Of a stretch of DNA of 64,000 nucleotides, positions 10,183 to 20,012 are shown one piece after another (the first letter of the stretch is position 1; the number at the start of each line of letters is the position of its first letter). A model generated the notes under the pieces. It was not told where the DNA came from, searched no databases, and saw nothing but the letters and a program-made list of their open reading frames with translations. The stretch comes from a virus. Location: the IMG/VR virus record IMGVR_UViG_3300023179_000019. One strand, given 5' to 3'. The translations under genes were made by a program, and so were the position numbers.

Positions 10183-11659
10183 AGAACACGTTTTAATTGA
10201 AAAGGTAAATGAGGTATATTTACAAGTTGGGTGTGAAAAACATTTAGCTAAAGAGTTATCCGAATTCTTTACGTTTTTTGTACCAGGACACCAATTCGTT
10301 CCTGCATTCCGTAACAAAATATGGGACGGAAAAATTCGCCTTTTTGATTTACGCAATAACAATCTTTACATTGGTTTACTACCTTATCTAGAACAGTTTT
10401 GTGTTGAACGAAATTACACATACTCCCATAGTTTTGTTGAAGATGAGTTCTCAGTATATCATGCAAATAAGTTTATTGAAAGCCTCAAGATACATGGAAA
10501 AGGTGAACCATTAGAAGTTCGTGAACATCAACTAAATGCATTTGTTCACTCTATGCAATCTAAACGTTCTTTGTTGGTATCTCCCACAGCATCTGGCAAA
10601 TCTCTCATTATTTATTTGTTGTTTAGACAACTGCAACAATATCAAAATTTAAAAGGTTTGGTTATTGTTCCAACCACATCTCTAGTCGAACAGTTGTATT
10701 CAGACTTTGCAGATTACAATAACGACAATATGGAACCATATCTTCATCGGATATATCAAGGCAAAGACAAGAACACGGACAAAGCTTTGACCATCTCTAC
10801 ATGGCAATCTTTATACAAGATGCCTAAAGAATACTTTGAACAGTTTGATTATGTGATAGGCGATGAAGCACACTTGTTCAAGGCACAATCACTAACAACA
10901 ATATTGACATCGTGTATTAATGCCAAATATCGTATTGGATTAACAGGAACTTTAGACGGTACCAAGACACACAAGTTGGTATTAGAAGGGTTGTTCGGTC
11001 CAGTAAAACAAGTCACAACAACAAAACAATTGATAGATAAGAAACAACTTGCAGAATTTCAAATCAAGTGTTTAGTTTTAAAACATGATGAAGATATAGC
11101 TAAAGAACTTCGAGAAAAAACCTATCATGAGGAAATTGACTATTTGATATCAAATGAAAAAAGAAATAAATTCATAAAAAATCTTGCAGTAAGTCTACAA
11201 AATAATACACTGGTTTTGTATCAAATGGTTGACAAACATGGGCAAATACTGTATGATCTAATTAGAGAAACCAAGAATATTGGCGAAAGAAAAGTTTTCT
11301 TTGTTCACGGAGGAACGGACACTACAGACAGAGAAGAAATTAGAAAAATAATGGAGATAGAAAATGATGCGATTGTTGTGGCTAGTTTTGGTACTTTTTC
11401 TACTGGTATCAATATACGAAATTTACACAATATCATCTTCGCTAGCCCAAGCAAAAGTAGAATTAGAAATTTACAAAGCATTGGTCGAGGGTTGCGGCAA
11501 GCAGAAGGAAAAGATATTGCCACACTCTACGACATCGCAGATGATTTAAGAGTTGGTAAACACATGAATTTCACTTTAAAACACTTCGTGGAAAGAACAC
11601 GTATATATAATGAGGAGAGATTCCCATTCAAAATCTACAAGATAGGACTAAAAAAATGA
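10172..11659 (+). CDS. uvsW: SF2 DNA helicase UvsW
   Basis: SPTASGKS, DEAH, GLTGT and LQSIGRGLR motifs. Confidence 0.97.
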   Translation: MDSKEHVLIEKVNEVYLQVGCEKHLAKELSEFFTFFVPGHQFVPAFRNKIWDGKIRLFDLRNNNLYIGLLPYLEQFCVERNYTYSHSFVEDEFSVYHANKFIESLKIHGKGEPLEVREHQLNAFVHSMQSKRSLLVSPTASGKSLIIYLLFRQLQQYQNLKGLVIVPTTSLVEQLYSDFADYNNDNMEPYLHRIYQGKDKNTDKALTISTWQSLYKMPKEYFEQFDYVIGDEAHLFKAQSLTTILTSCINAKYRIGLTGTLDGTKTHKLVLEGLFGPVKQVTTTKQLIDKKQLAEFQIKCLVLKHDEDIAKELREKTYHEEIDYLISNEKRNKFIKNLAVSLQNNTLVLYQMVDKHGQILYDLIRETKNIGERKVFFVHGGTDTTDREEIRKIMEIENDAIVVASFGTFSTGINIRNLHNIIFASPSKSRIRNLQSIGRGLRQAEGKDIATLYDIADDLRVGKHMNFTLKHFVERTRIYNEERFPFKIYKIGLKK

Positions 11660-12030
11660 ACAATATCAAAATAGTTCGACTAAAGAGTGGTGAAGATATA
11701 ATTGGAAACATATGTGATCAAGATGGCATGATACAGTTAGACTCTCCGATGTCAGTTTCTTTGGTTACAAAAAACGGAACTAAAGGATTATTAGTTATGA
11801 ATCATTGGTTGCCAATACAATTAATTAAAAAGAATGAAATAAAAATTTCTTCTAACGATGTGTTAACAACTTTTGAACCAACCGATGAACTCTCGGAGTA
11901 CTACTCCGATACAGTAAAAAAACTTGCATCATTGTTGGAAGCTAAAGAACTTGCAGATCAAATGAGAGACGAAGATATTCAGGAAATTATGGATGCCTTA
12001 GAAGAAGGTACCGGAGAAACAATACATTGA
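11656..12030 (+). CDS. conserved T4-like hypothetical protein (Sm-like fold)
   Basis: IVRLKSGEDII motif; usual position between uvsW and gp55. Confidence 0.7.
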   Translation: MNNIKIVRLKSGEDIIGNICDQDGMIQLDSPMSVSLVTKNGTKGLLVMNHWLPIQLIKKNEIKISSNDVLTTFEPTDELSEYYSDTVKKLASLLEAKELADQMRDEDIQEIMDALEEGTGETIH

Positions 12031-12114
12031 TACTGAAGCAGCGACACACCGAAATTTAAACGTTGTCAAGCTGTTTGTCAATACATTAAATGGTATACTT
12101 GAAATGGAATTATT

Positions 12115-12651
12115 ATGACAAAACAAACACACTATATAAACAACCAAGATTTTCTCAAGGCCTTGATTGAATATCAAGCAGCTAGTGATTTGGCAAAAAA
12201 AGAAAATCGCACCGCACCAGCAATACCAAATTATATTGGTGAATGCTTTATGAAAATTGCAGAAGGTCTATCTCACAAACCTAACTTCATTAACTATACT
12301 TATAGAGATGAAATGGTATCCGATGGTATTGAAAATTGTTTACAGTACTTTGCAAACTTTGATCCAACCAAGTCAAGTAATCCTTTTGCATATTTTACAC
12401 AAATTATTTACTTTGCTTTTCTCAGAAGAATACAAAAAGAAAAGAAACAACTATACGTTAAATATAAATCAGCTGAACAAACTGGTATATTAGATGAACA
12501 TGAGTTTATGGAACTGGAAGATGGCACATTTAAACAGTTTCAATTATACGATAATATTGCCGAATTCATAGAGAATTTTGAGGTAGCTAAAGAAGCCAAA
12601 AAGGCAACAACTAAAAAAGTAAAAGGTTTGGAGAAATTTTTAAATGAGTAA
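12115..12651 (+). CDS. gp55: late-transcription sigma factor
   Basis: HYINN..F, PNFINYTYRDEM and NPFAYFTQI motifs. Confidence 0.97.
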   Translation: MTKQTHYINNQDFLKALIEYQAASDLAKKENRTAPAIPNYIGECFMKIAEGLSHKPNFINYTYRDEMVSDGIENCLQYFANFDPTKSSNPFAYFTQIIYFAFLRRIQKEKKQLYVKYKSAEQTGILDEHEFMELEDGTFKQFQLYDNIAEFIENFEVAKEAKKATTKKVKGLEKFLNE

Positions 12652-13072
12652 AATGAAAATAGGATTCACTTGTTCCACATTTGATTTGTTTCATGCCGGT
12701 CATATGATGATGTTGAAAGAGGCAAAAAAACAATGTGATCACCTTATAGTTGGATTACAAACCGATCCAACCATAGATCGTCCTGATACCAAAAATAAAC
12801 CGGTACAAACATTATTTGAAAGGTTTGTGCAGTTGGATTCTTGCAAATATGTGGATGAAGTCATTCCATATTCTACCGAAAAAGAATTGATGGACATATT
12901 GCTTTCTTATCCAATTGATGTTAGAATTATAGGAGAAGAATACAAAGATAAACCTTTCACGGGTCGTGAATTAGATATTGATGTATATTATAACTCTCGC
13001 AAACATAGTTTTAGCACAACTTCTTTACGTAAAAGAGTTCGTGAGTCTGAGGAAAGGAAACAAAATGTATAA
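12644..13072 (+). CDS. cytidylyltransferase (TagD-like, HxGH)
   Basis: FDLFHAGH and HSFSTT motifs. Confidence 0.85.
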   Translation: MSKMKIGFTCSTFDLFHAGHMMMLKEAKKQCDHLIVGLQTDPTIDRPDTKNKPVQTLFERFVQLDSCKYVDEVIPYSTEKELMDILLSYPIDVRIIGEEYKDKPFTGRELDIDVYYNSRKHSFSTTSLRKRVRESEERKQNV

Positions 13073-13229
13073 GGTATGTTATTATATGCCTGGATCAACT
13101 CAAGTAAACTTTAGGTCTTTTAAAACTTTTAGTGATGCTGTCGAATTTGCCAATTGCAGGCAAAAAGATAGTGTGTTAGAAATTAAATATTATGATGATG
13201 AAAATAAAAGAAAACCGGATCGAAACTAA
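13065..13229 (+). CDS. hypothetical protein
   Basis: ATG at 13065 with SD; overlaps both neighbours. Confidence 0.55.
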   Translation: MYKVCYYMPGSTQVNFRSFKTFSDAVEFANCRQKDSVLEIKYYDDENKRKPDRN

Positions 13230-14307
13230 AGTTGCAATTATAACGGATCAACACTTCGGTGCTAGAAACGATTCGGTTCATTTTCTAGACTTTTATGAAA
13301 AGTTCTATCGTGATACATTTTTTCCAAAATTAAAACAGGAAAACATTAAAACTGTATTGATACTTGGTGACACTTTTGATCGCCGAAAGTATGTCAACTT
13401 TTATTCTTTGAAACGAACAAAAGAAATGTTCTTTGACATTTTGGCAAAAGAATCAATCGATGTTTATATGTTGGTAGGAAATCATGATACATATTTTAAA
13501 AATACTAATGATGTAAATTCTGTTGACTTGTTATTACGTGAATATGACAACATCACAGTAATCGATACTCCACAAACCATACATCTAGAGTATGGAGATG
13601 TAAACTCTGACGTTTGCATGATTCCTTGGATTTGTGCGGAGAACTATGAACAATCTCTGGCAGAAATTAAAAACACATCAGCCACACTTTGCATGGGACA
13701 CTTTGAAATTGCTGGTTTTGCTATGCATCGTGGCATGCCGTCAGCTGAAGGATTAAATCGTGATATATTCAGACGATTCGATAAGGTGTTTAGTGGTCAT
13801 TACCATCATCGTTCGAGTTCAGACAACATCACCTATCTTGGCAATCCTTACGAACTAACTTGGCAAGATTACAATGATGTTCGTGGATTCCATATTTTTC
13901 ATTTGGCTGATAGGAATTTAGAATTTATTCCTAATCCTAATGTGATGTTTCACAGAATCATTTATAATGATAAAGAGGAATCAATTACAGAAATCAACAA
14001 CAAAGACCTATCAAAATATACCAACACATATGTGAAAGTTGTGGTATTGAATAAGACTAATCCTTATCTGTTTGATAAGTTTATGAACAATTTATACAAT
14101 ATCAATCCAGTCGATATTACCATTGCTGAAGATTTTACTGACTTGACAGAAAGTGTTGAAGATGATATGATAGATCAAGCAGAAGATACCATCACAATCA
14201 TTAATAAGTTTGTGGATGGAATCAAAGAAGAACACATTGATAATGAGAAATTGAAAACTATAATGCGTGAATTGTACGTGGAAGCATTAAATCTGGATCA
14301 AGCATGA
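13192..14307 (+). CDS. gp47: recombination endonuclease subunit (Mre11/SbcD-like)
   Basis: TDQHFG, LGDTFD, GNHD and SGHYH motifs. Confidence 0.97.
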   Translation: MMMKIKENRIETKVAIITDQHFGARNDSVHFLDFYEKFYRDTFFPKLKQENIKTVLILGDTFDRRKYVNFYSLKRTKEMFFDILAKESIDVYMLVGNHDTYFKNTNDVNSVDLLLREYDNITVIDTPQTIHLEYGDVNSDVCMIPWICAENYEQSLAEIKNTSATLCMGHFEIAGFAMHRGMPSAEGLNRDIFRRFDKVFSGHYHHRSSSDNITYLGNPYELTWQDYNDVRGFHIFHLADRNLEFIPNPNVMFHRIIYNDKEESITEINNKDLSKYTNTYVKVVVLNKTNPYLFDKFMNNLYNINPVDITIAEDFTDLTESVEDDMIDQAEDTITIINKFVDGIKEEHIDNEKLKTIMRELYVEALNLDQA

Positions 14308-14855
14308 ACTGGAAAATTGTAGATAATATTTTTACTTCTGAAGAATTGGATAAACTGTGTGACTATTTTAGTACGCACGGAGAACTATCCAAAGGGTCCA
14401 CACCATCAAACACAGGAAAGTGGAGAATATGTGATGTGTGTGACTATTCAAGAGATAATGAAGATTTGAAATGGTTTTTTAAAAAATTAGATTCTGTAAT
14501 TTTAAAGATCAATCGTGAAGTATTCAATTTCAAGTTGATAGGTTATTACAATATTATGTATTCTGTTTATAATGATTTTGAAAATGGCCAGTACAAGTTT
14601 CATCCAGACACAGCTGAAGGCCGACTAGGTGTCAGAAAATTATCTTTATCTTTAATCTTAAATGAACCTGAAACCGATTTTGAGGGTGGCGATTTCTTAT
14701 TCAATTTAGGCAACGAATCTAAACCACACAAAGCATCTTTGAAACGTGGTTCTATAGTTTTCTTTCCTTCTTATCTGTTACATGCTGTTTCACCAGTTAC
14801 TAAAGGCACCAGAAAATCTGTTGTTGTTTGGGTTGAGGGTCCTGAGTTCGTATGA
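14304..14855 (+). CDS. 2OG-Fe(II) oxygenase (PKHD/prolyl-hydroxylase-like)
   Basis: HPD...RKLS, FEGG and HAVSPVTKGTRKS motifs. Confidence 0.9.
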   Translation: MNWKIVDNIFTSEELDKLCDYFSTHGELSKGSTPSNTGKWRICDVCDYSRDNEDLKWFFKKLDSVILKINREVFNFKLIGYYNIMYSVYNDFENGQYKFHPDTAEGRLGVRKLSLSLILNEPETDFEGGDFLFNLGNESKPHKASLKRGSIVFFPSYLLHAVSPVTKGTRKSVVVWVEGPEFV

Positions 14856-16567
14856 TAACTTTTCAATGTGTTAGATGGAAGAATTTTCTTTCCACTGGTA
14901 ATTCATTTACTGAAATTAATTTTTTAAAATCTCCAAACACACTTATTATTGGCAACAATGGTGCTGGTAAATCAACCATCTTAGATGCGTTGTGTTTTGC
15001 GTTGTTTGGTAAACCGTTTCGTAAAATTAATAAACCACAATTATTAAATTCTATTAATCAGCAACAAGGTGTTGTTGAGGTTGAATTTTTGGTTGGTAAA
15101 AAACAATACAAAGTTATTCGTGGCATTAAACCAAATGTTTTTGAAGTATATTGTGATGGAGTTATGGTCGACCAAGATGCCAAGGCAAAAGACTATCAAG
15201 ACCACCTAGAGAAATTTATTCTCAAAATAAATTACAAGTCTTTCACGCAAGTTGTCATCCTTGGTTCGGCTTCTTTTGTTCCTTTTATGCAATTATCTCC
15301 AGCTGATCGTAGAGCTATTATTGAAGATTTGCTTGACATCCAAATTTTTTCATCAATGAACATGATTGTAAAAGAAAAAATGGTTGCCATAAAAGATACT
15401 TCTGGTAAAAACAAATATGCGATGGACTTAACTTCTGAAAAAATTAAGATGCAACAGAGTTCTATCGAAGAACATAAGAAACATAGTGATGCGGAAATAA
15501 AGAAGAAACAAAAAGAAATAGAAAATTCTGAATCTCAAGTGAATAAGTTAACGGCAGATATTAAACTAATTCAAAAACATATTGATGTTTTAAATAATAA
15601 AATTTCTGACAAATTAACAACAGAAAAGAAAAGTTCTAAGTTAATACAATTAGAATCTAAACTTGAAACCAAACTACGAAAATTGGAAAAAGAAGAAAAA
15701 TTCTATGAAGAAAACCACGACTGTCCGACCTGCAAACAAAGTATCGATGACACCTTCAGACATAACCAACTTAGTGGAATCAATAAAACAAAAGGAGAAG
15801 TTGGAGTTGCAGTTAAAGATATCGAAAATAAAATCGAAGAAACAAACAAACGTATCGAAGAAATTCAAAAAATAGTTAAACACATTCAGGCGCATAATAA
15901 TGAAATTGTCAAACACACCTCAACGATTTCTGCCGTTAATAGCTACATCGGCAAACTCAACTTGGAAATCCAAAATCTTTCAACGCATAAGGATAGCTTG
16001 GAAGATGAAAATGAGAAGCTTAAGGAACTCAAGCGAGAATTGTCCATGTTGCTCAGACAGATGGAAGAATTATCGTTAGAAAAGCAATACTATGAGTTTG
16101 CAGGTAACCTATTAAAAGATACAGGTATTAAAACTAAAATTATTCGCCAGTATTTACCTATTATGAACAAGTTGATTAACAAGTATCTGACTGCAATGGA
16201 TTTCTTTGTTAATTTCAACATTAACGAAAACTTTGAAGAAACAATTAAGAGTCGGCATCGTGATGAATTTTCTTATGCTAATTTTTCAGAAGGTGAAAAG
16301 ATGCGTATTGATTTGGCATTGCTGTTTACATGGCGTCAGATTGCCAAGTTGAAGAACAGTACAAATACAAATCTATTAATTTTAGATGAAGTTTTTGATT
16401 CATCACTAGACGGTGTTGGTACAGAAGAATTTTTGAAATTGATACATGAAATGGGAACAGATACAAATGTGTTCGTTATTTCACATAAAGGTGACCAACT
16501 ATTCGACAAGTTCAGGTCGGTTATTAAATTTGAGAAACATAATAATTTTAGTAGGATTGCAAAATGA
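14852..16567 (+). CDS. gp46: recombination endonuclease ATPase subunit (Rad50/SbcC-like)
   Basis: GNNGAGKS, CPTC hook, FSEGE and LILDE motifs. Confidence 0.97.
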   Translation: MITFQCVRWKNFLSTGNSFTEINFLKSPNTLIIGNNGAGKSTILDALCFALFGKPFRKINKPQLLNSINQQQGVVEVEFLVGKKQYKVIRGIKPNVFEVYCDGVMVDQDAKAKDYQDHLEKFILKINYKSFTQVVILGSASFVPFMQLSPADRRAIIEDLLDIQIFSSMNMIVKEKMVAIKDTSGKNKYAMDLTSEKIKMQQSSIEEHKKHSDAEIKKKQKEIENSESQVNKLTADIKLIQKHIDVLNNKISDKLTTEKKSSKLIQLESKLETKLRKLEKEEKFYEENHDCPTCKQSIDDTFRHNQLSGINKTKGEVGVAVKDIENKIEETNKRIEEIQKIVKHIQAHNNEIVKHTSTISAVNSYIGKLNLEIQNLSTHKDSLEDENEKLKELKRELSMLLRQMEELSLEKQYYEFAGNLLKDTGIKTKIIRQYLPIMNKLINKYLTAMDFFVNFNINENFEETIKSRHRDEFSYANFSEGEKMRIDLALLFTWRQIAKLKNSTNTNLLILDEVFDSSLDGVGTEEFLKLIHEMGTDTNVFVISHKGDQLFDKFRSVIKFEKHNNFSRIAK

Positions 16568-17139
16568 GTGATACAATTGTTTTTAATACAGAAGATACAT
16601 TAAGGGGCACCAGTTACGCTAAGACTGTTTCGATACCTTTGTTTAATTTGGTAGGAGAAGATAATCCAATTCTGAAAGAAGTGATGCCAGAATTTGATTT
16701 TAAAAATGCTCCTGTAAATCCTATGGAGTTCGCATCTTCTTTGGTCGAAACTTGCAAGAAACACAAAGGATATGGATTGTCTGCCAACCAATGTGGTTTT
16801 AGGTATCGAGTATTTGTTATGGGTGCCGAAGATAACTTTGTGGCATTCTTTAATCCAAAAATTACCGCAACATATGATGAATCGCATATTGTTGAAGGAT
16901 GCCTATCTTTCCCATTACTAGGACTTAGAATTACCAGGCCTGCGGCCGTAGATGTAGAATACCAAGACTTTAATGGAGAAAATAAAACGGCACACTATAC
17001 TGGTATATCTGCAAGATGTTTTCTTCATGAGCTTGATCATATGAATGGAATAGTGTATACTGAAAGAGTAAAACCGCTTGCATTGCAAATGGGTATGCAA
17101 AAGCGTAACAAACTAATCAAGAAATTGCGTATAAAATAA
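16564..17139 (+). CDS. def: peptide deformylase
   Basis: GLSANQCG, EGCLS and HELDH motifs. Confidence 0.95.
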   Translation: MSDTIVFNTEDTLRGTSYAKTVSIPLFNLVGEDNPILKEVMPEFDFKNAPVNPMEFASSLVETCKKHKGYGLSANQCGFRYRVFVMGAEDNFVAFFNPKITATYDESHIVEGCLSFPLLGLRITRPAAVDVEYQDFNGENKTAHYTGISARCFLHELDHMNGIVYTERVKPLALQMGMQKRNKLIKKLRIK

Positions 17140-18404
17140 TGGCGACACCAGTTGAATTTGTGGACAAACAATGGGTAGAATGGCAAGAGTCCAACCCGCC
17201 AAGTAAGTTTGAACACATAGATAAAGAAGAATTGACCAAGACTCTAATTGGAGACTTGACCAAAGCTTCTCAGATGGATGTTCGTGAATATACTTTATAC
17301 CAAAAATGGTGCGAAGTTAAAGAACGATATCCAGTCTTTGAGGCCTCGACTCTTTGGGGTACAGAAGTTCAGATGGTTAATCCCGAGCAAAAAGAATTGA
17401 TTGAAAAAGTAAAATCTAATTTTTGGATGCCAGAATCACCTGACGATTACGAAAAATTAAAACCTGTGATGAAATTATCAAACGGTTCATTGGCAGAAAC
17501 TTGGAATGCCATACGTACCTTTTCATCCACAATGAAAAATAATTCTAACATTGGTCGCAATCTATTTTATACGGTTACTGATGATGTGACAGGTAAATAT
17601 CTTGGTGTTATTTGTATATCATCAGATTTTTTAGACTTAACTCCAAGAGATAAGGCCATCGGTTGGTCAAGAGAAGTTAAGACACAACAAGGCATGATTA
17701 ATCACACCGCAATTGGTTCTACTATCGTGCCCCTACAACCTTTGGGGTTTAATTATATGGGCGGTAAATTACTTGCCTTGTTGTGCCTTTCTGATACCGT
17801 CCAAAAAGACTGGAAAGAACGATATGACGATGTTCTAGTCGGAGTGACTACCACATCACTTTATGGTGCTACGAAGGCTGGAGGCCTATCCCAATACGAT
17901 GGACTTGAATACTGGAACAAAATGGGATTTAGTTCTGGTTCAGTTGCGTTTGAACCATCTAGGAAAACCATGAATATGGTATTTGATTGGATTAAAGAAA
18001 ATCATACTCGTAAATATTTTGAATGGTGGGAAGCCAAAAATCAAAATGGTTTACCACTTAAACGTGATCATAAAAACAGATCGTTGAACTTTGCCTACCC
18101 AAAATTAGGTATCGATAAAAAATTAATTCGTACCGAACATCAACGTGGTATCTATTTCAGTCCTCTCTATAATAATACCAATGAATTTCTCCGTAAAGAG
18201 ATTACCGATTCTGAACTGGTAAAATCGTTTGATACCAGTGAAGAAGCCCTTGCCAATATTTGGAAAACCAAGTATGCTAAGGGTCGAATTAGGCAATTAC
18301 AGAAAAAGAATAATGTTTCTTACGATTCTCTTTTCTATGATGACCTGATTTATTTGTCTTGGGAAGAAACCAAGGCAAAATATCTACCACAAGTTGGTAG
18401 ATAA
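17139..18404 (+). CDS. DUF4338 / Druantia DruA-like protein (paralogue 1)
   Basis: PLGFNYMGGKLLAL and TTTSLYG...SQYDG motifs. Confidence 0.7.
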   Translation: MATPVEFVDKQWVEWQESNPPSKFEHIDKEELTKTLIGDLTKASQMDVREYTLYQKWCEVKERYPVFEASTLWGTEVQMVNPEQKELIEKVKSNFWMPESPDDYEKLKPVMKLSNGSLAETWNAIRTFSSTMKNNSNIGRNLFYTVTDDVTGKYLGVICISSDFLDLTPRDKAIGWSREVKTQQGMINHTAIGSTIVPLQPLGFNYMGGKLLALLCLSDTVQKDWKERYDDVLVGVTTTSLYGATKAGGLSQYDGLEYWNKMGFSSGSVAFEPSRKTMNMVFDWIKENHTRKYFEWWEAKNQNGLPLKRDHKNRSLNFAYPKLGIDKKLIRTEHQRGIYFSPLYNNTNEFLRKEITDSELVKSFDTSEEALANIWKTKYAKGRIRQLQKKNNVSYDSLFYDDLIYLSWEETKAKYLPQVGR

Positions 18405-18426
18405 ACACAAGTATACCACAATATGC

Positions 18427-18456
18427 TTGACACACACACATATATAATGTTATGAT
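18427..18456 (+). promoter_or_regulatory. sigma70-like early promoter
   Basis: TTGACA-18 nt-TATGAT, intergenic. Confidence 0.65.
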
Positions 18457-18512
18457 GTGAGAACTTGCTAACAAGGCAAGAATTTTTATTACTTTAATAT
18501 GGAGTTTTTACT

Positions 18513-18767
18513 ATGAAACAATCTGCTAAATCTAAAATCATCAACTTTCTGAGCAAAACAGAAGGTTACAACACACTTTCAGTTGCACAAGCCCGTGCTC
18601 GTTTTGGCATTCAAAATGTTGCTGCTCGCATCGAAGAATTGCGTAAAGAAGGTCATGTAATTTACACAAATACCAAAACACGCCGTGACGGCAGCAAAGT
18701 AGCTGTTTATCGTTTGGGCAAACCAACTAAAGCAATGGTTCGTGCTGCCTATTCAGTAGGTTTCTAA
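18513..18767 (+). CDS. winged helix-turn-helix DNA-binding protein
   Basis: ARARFGIQNVAARIEELRKEGHVI followed by a beta wing. Confidence 0.8.
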   Translation: MKQSAKSKIINFLSKTEGYNTLSVAQARARFGIQNVAARIEELRKEGHVIYTNTKTRRDGSKVAVYRLGKPTKAMVRAAYSVGF

Positions 18768-18783
18768 TCAAGCGTTAGTATGG

Positions 18784-18812
18784 GGAGAGGTCAAATTGCC
18801 TCTCCTTTTTTT
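18784..18812 (+). terminator. intrinsic terminator
   Basis: GGAGAGG-tcaaattg-CCTCTCC followed by T7. Confidence 0.85.
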
Positions 18813-18832
18813 ATTAAAACATTGGAGTCCAA

Positions 18833-19651
18833 ATGGAAATATCGATTAAAAAAGAAGAACTGCAAAAGAAAAGTATATTCGTTGCTACCCCAATGTATGG
18901 CGGCATGAATCATGGACTTTATGCAAAAGCCTGCCTAGATTTACAAGGTATCTGTATGCAGTATGGCGTACAGGTCAAATTCTCATTTCTGTTTAATGAG
19001 TCCCTAATTACCCGAGCAAGAAATTATCTTGTTGATGAATTCTTGCATCGTTCAGAATGTACACACATGTTGTTTATTGATTCTGACATTCACTTTAATC
19101 CACAGGACGTAATTGCTTTGTTAGCACTTGATAAAGAAATTATCGGTGGTCCTTATCCAAAGAAAGCGATCAAGTGGAAATCTGTTGCTACAGCACTAAG
19201 AAAGAATCCAAACATCGAACTTGGTAATTTAGAAAAAATTACTGGAGATTATGTTTTCAATCCAGTTAAAGGTACCGCACAATTTACTGTTACAGAACCT
19301 TTAAGTGTTTTGGAAATTGGTACTGGTTATATGATGATCAAACGTGAAGTGTTTTCTAAAATGCAAGAAGCATATCCTTCAATTAAATACAAACCAGATC
19401 ATATCGGTCAAGCTCACTTTGATGGATCACGTTATATCCATGCCTTCTTTGATACTGTAATCGACACTAAAGATTCTATTACAGGTGGTGGTTCTGAACG
19501 TTATCTTTCAGAAGATTACATGTTCTGCCAAATGTGGCGTAAAATTGGTGGAGAAATCTTCTTGTGTCCTTGGATGAAAACATCACACATTGGTACATAT
19601 CACTTCCAAGGAGATATGCCAGCAGTTGCAAATTTTGTTGGTGAGATGTAA
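18833..19651 (+). CDS. GT-A-fold glycosyltransferase-like protein
   Basis: ATPMYGG, LITRARN, FIDSDI (DxD) and LSEDY.FC motifs. Confidence 0.75.
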   Translation: MEISIKKEELQKKSIFVATPMYGGMNHGLYAKACLDLQGICMQYGVQVKFSFLFNESLITRARNYLVDEFLHRSECTHMLFIDSDIHFNPQDVIALLALDKEIIGGPYPKKAIKWKSVATALRKNPNIELGNLEKITGDYVFNPVKGTAQFTVTEPLSVLEIGTGYMMIKREVFSKMQEAYPSIKYKPDHIGQAHFDGSRYIHAFFDTVIDTKDSITGGGSERYLSEDYMFCQMWRKIGGEIFLCPWMKTSHIGTYHFQGDMPAVANFVGEM

Positions 19652-20001
19652 TGTCTGAATTGACCAAAGGTCGTAAATTTGATGGAGGCAAATTAGAGTA
19701 TGGTTTGCTTCCACCACTTGCACTAGAAGAAACTGTAAAAGTTCTCACCTTTGGAGCTCAAAAATATGAGCGTGATAATTGGCAAAAAGTACCTGAATCA
19801 AAACGCAGGTACTTTGATGCACTACAACGACATGTTTGGTCCTGGAAACAAGGTGAACAAATTGATCCAGAATCAGGATTACACCACCTAGCTCATGCTA
19901 TGTGTTGTTTAATGTTTTTGTATGAACATGATGTCAAGTATTCCAAAGAAAGTATTGACGTTGAACTTGAACAAGCGTATGATAAAAATGTTCTTATATA
20001 A
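19651..20001 (+). CDS. dATP/dGTP diphosphohydrolase-domain protein (DUF5664-like)
   Basis: KFDGGKL, FGAQKY..DNW and DPESGLHHLAHA motifs. Confidence 0.85.
   Translation: MSELTKGRKFDGGKLEYGLLPPLALEETVKVLTFGAQKYERDNWQKVPESKRRYFDALQRHVWSWKQGEQIDPESGLHHLAHAMCCLMFLYEHDVKYSKESIDVELEQAYDKNVLI
19955..19983 (+). promoter_or_regulatory. sigma70-like promoter upstream of gp45
   Basis: TTGACG-17 nt-TATGAT. Confidence 0.5.
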
Positions 20002-20012
20002 TGGAGTAATAA

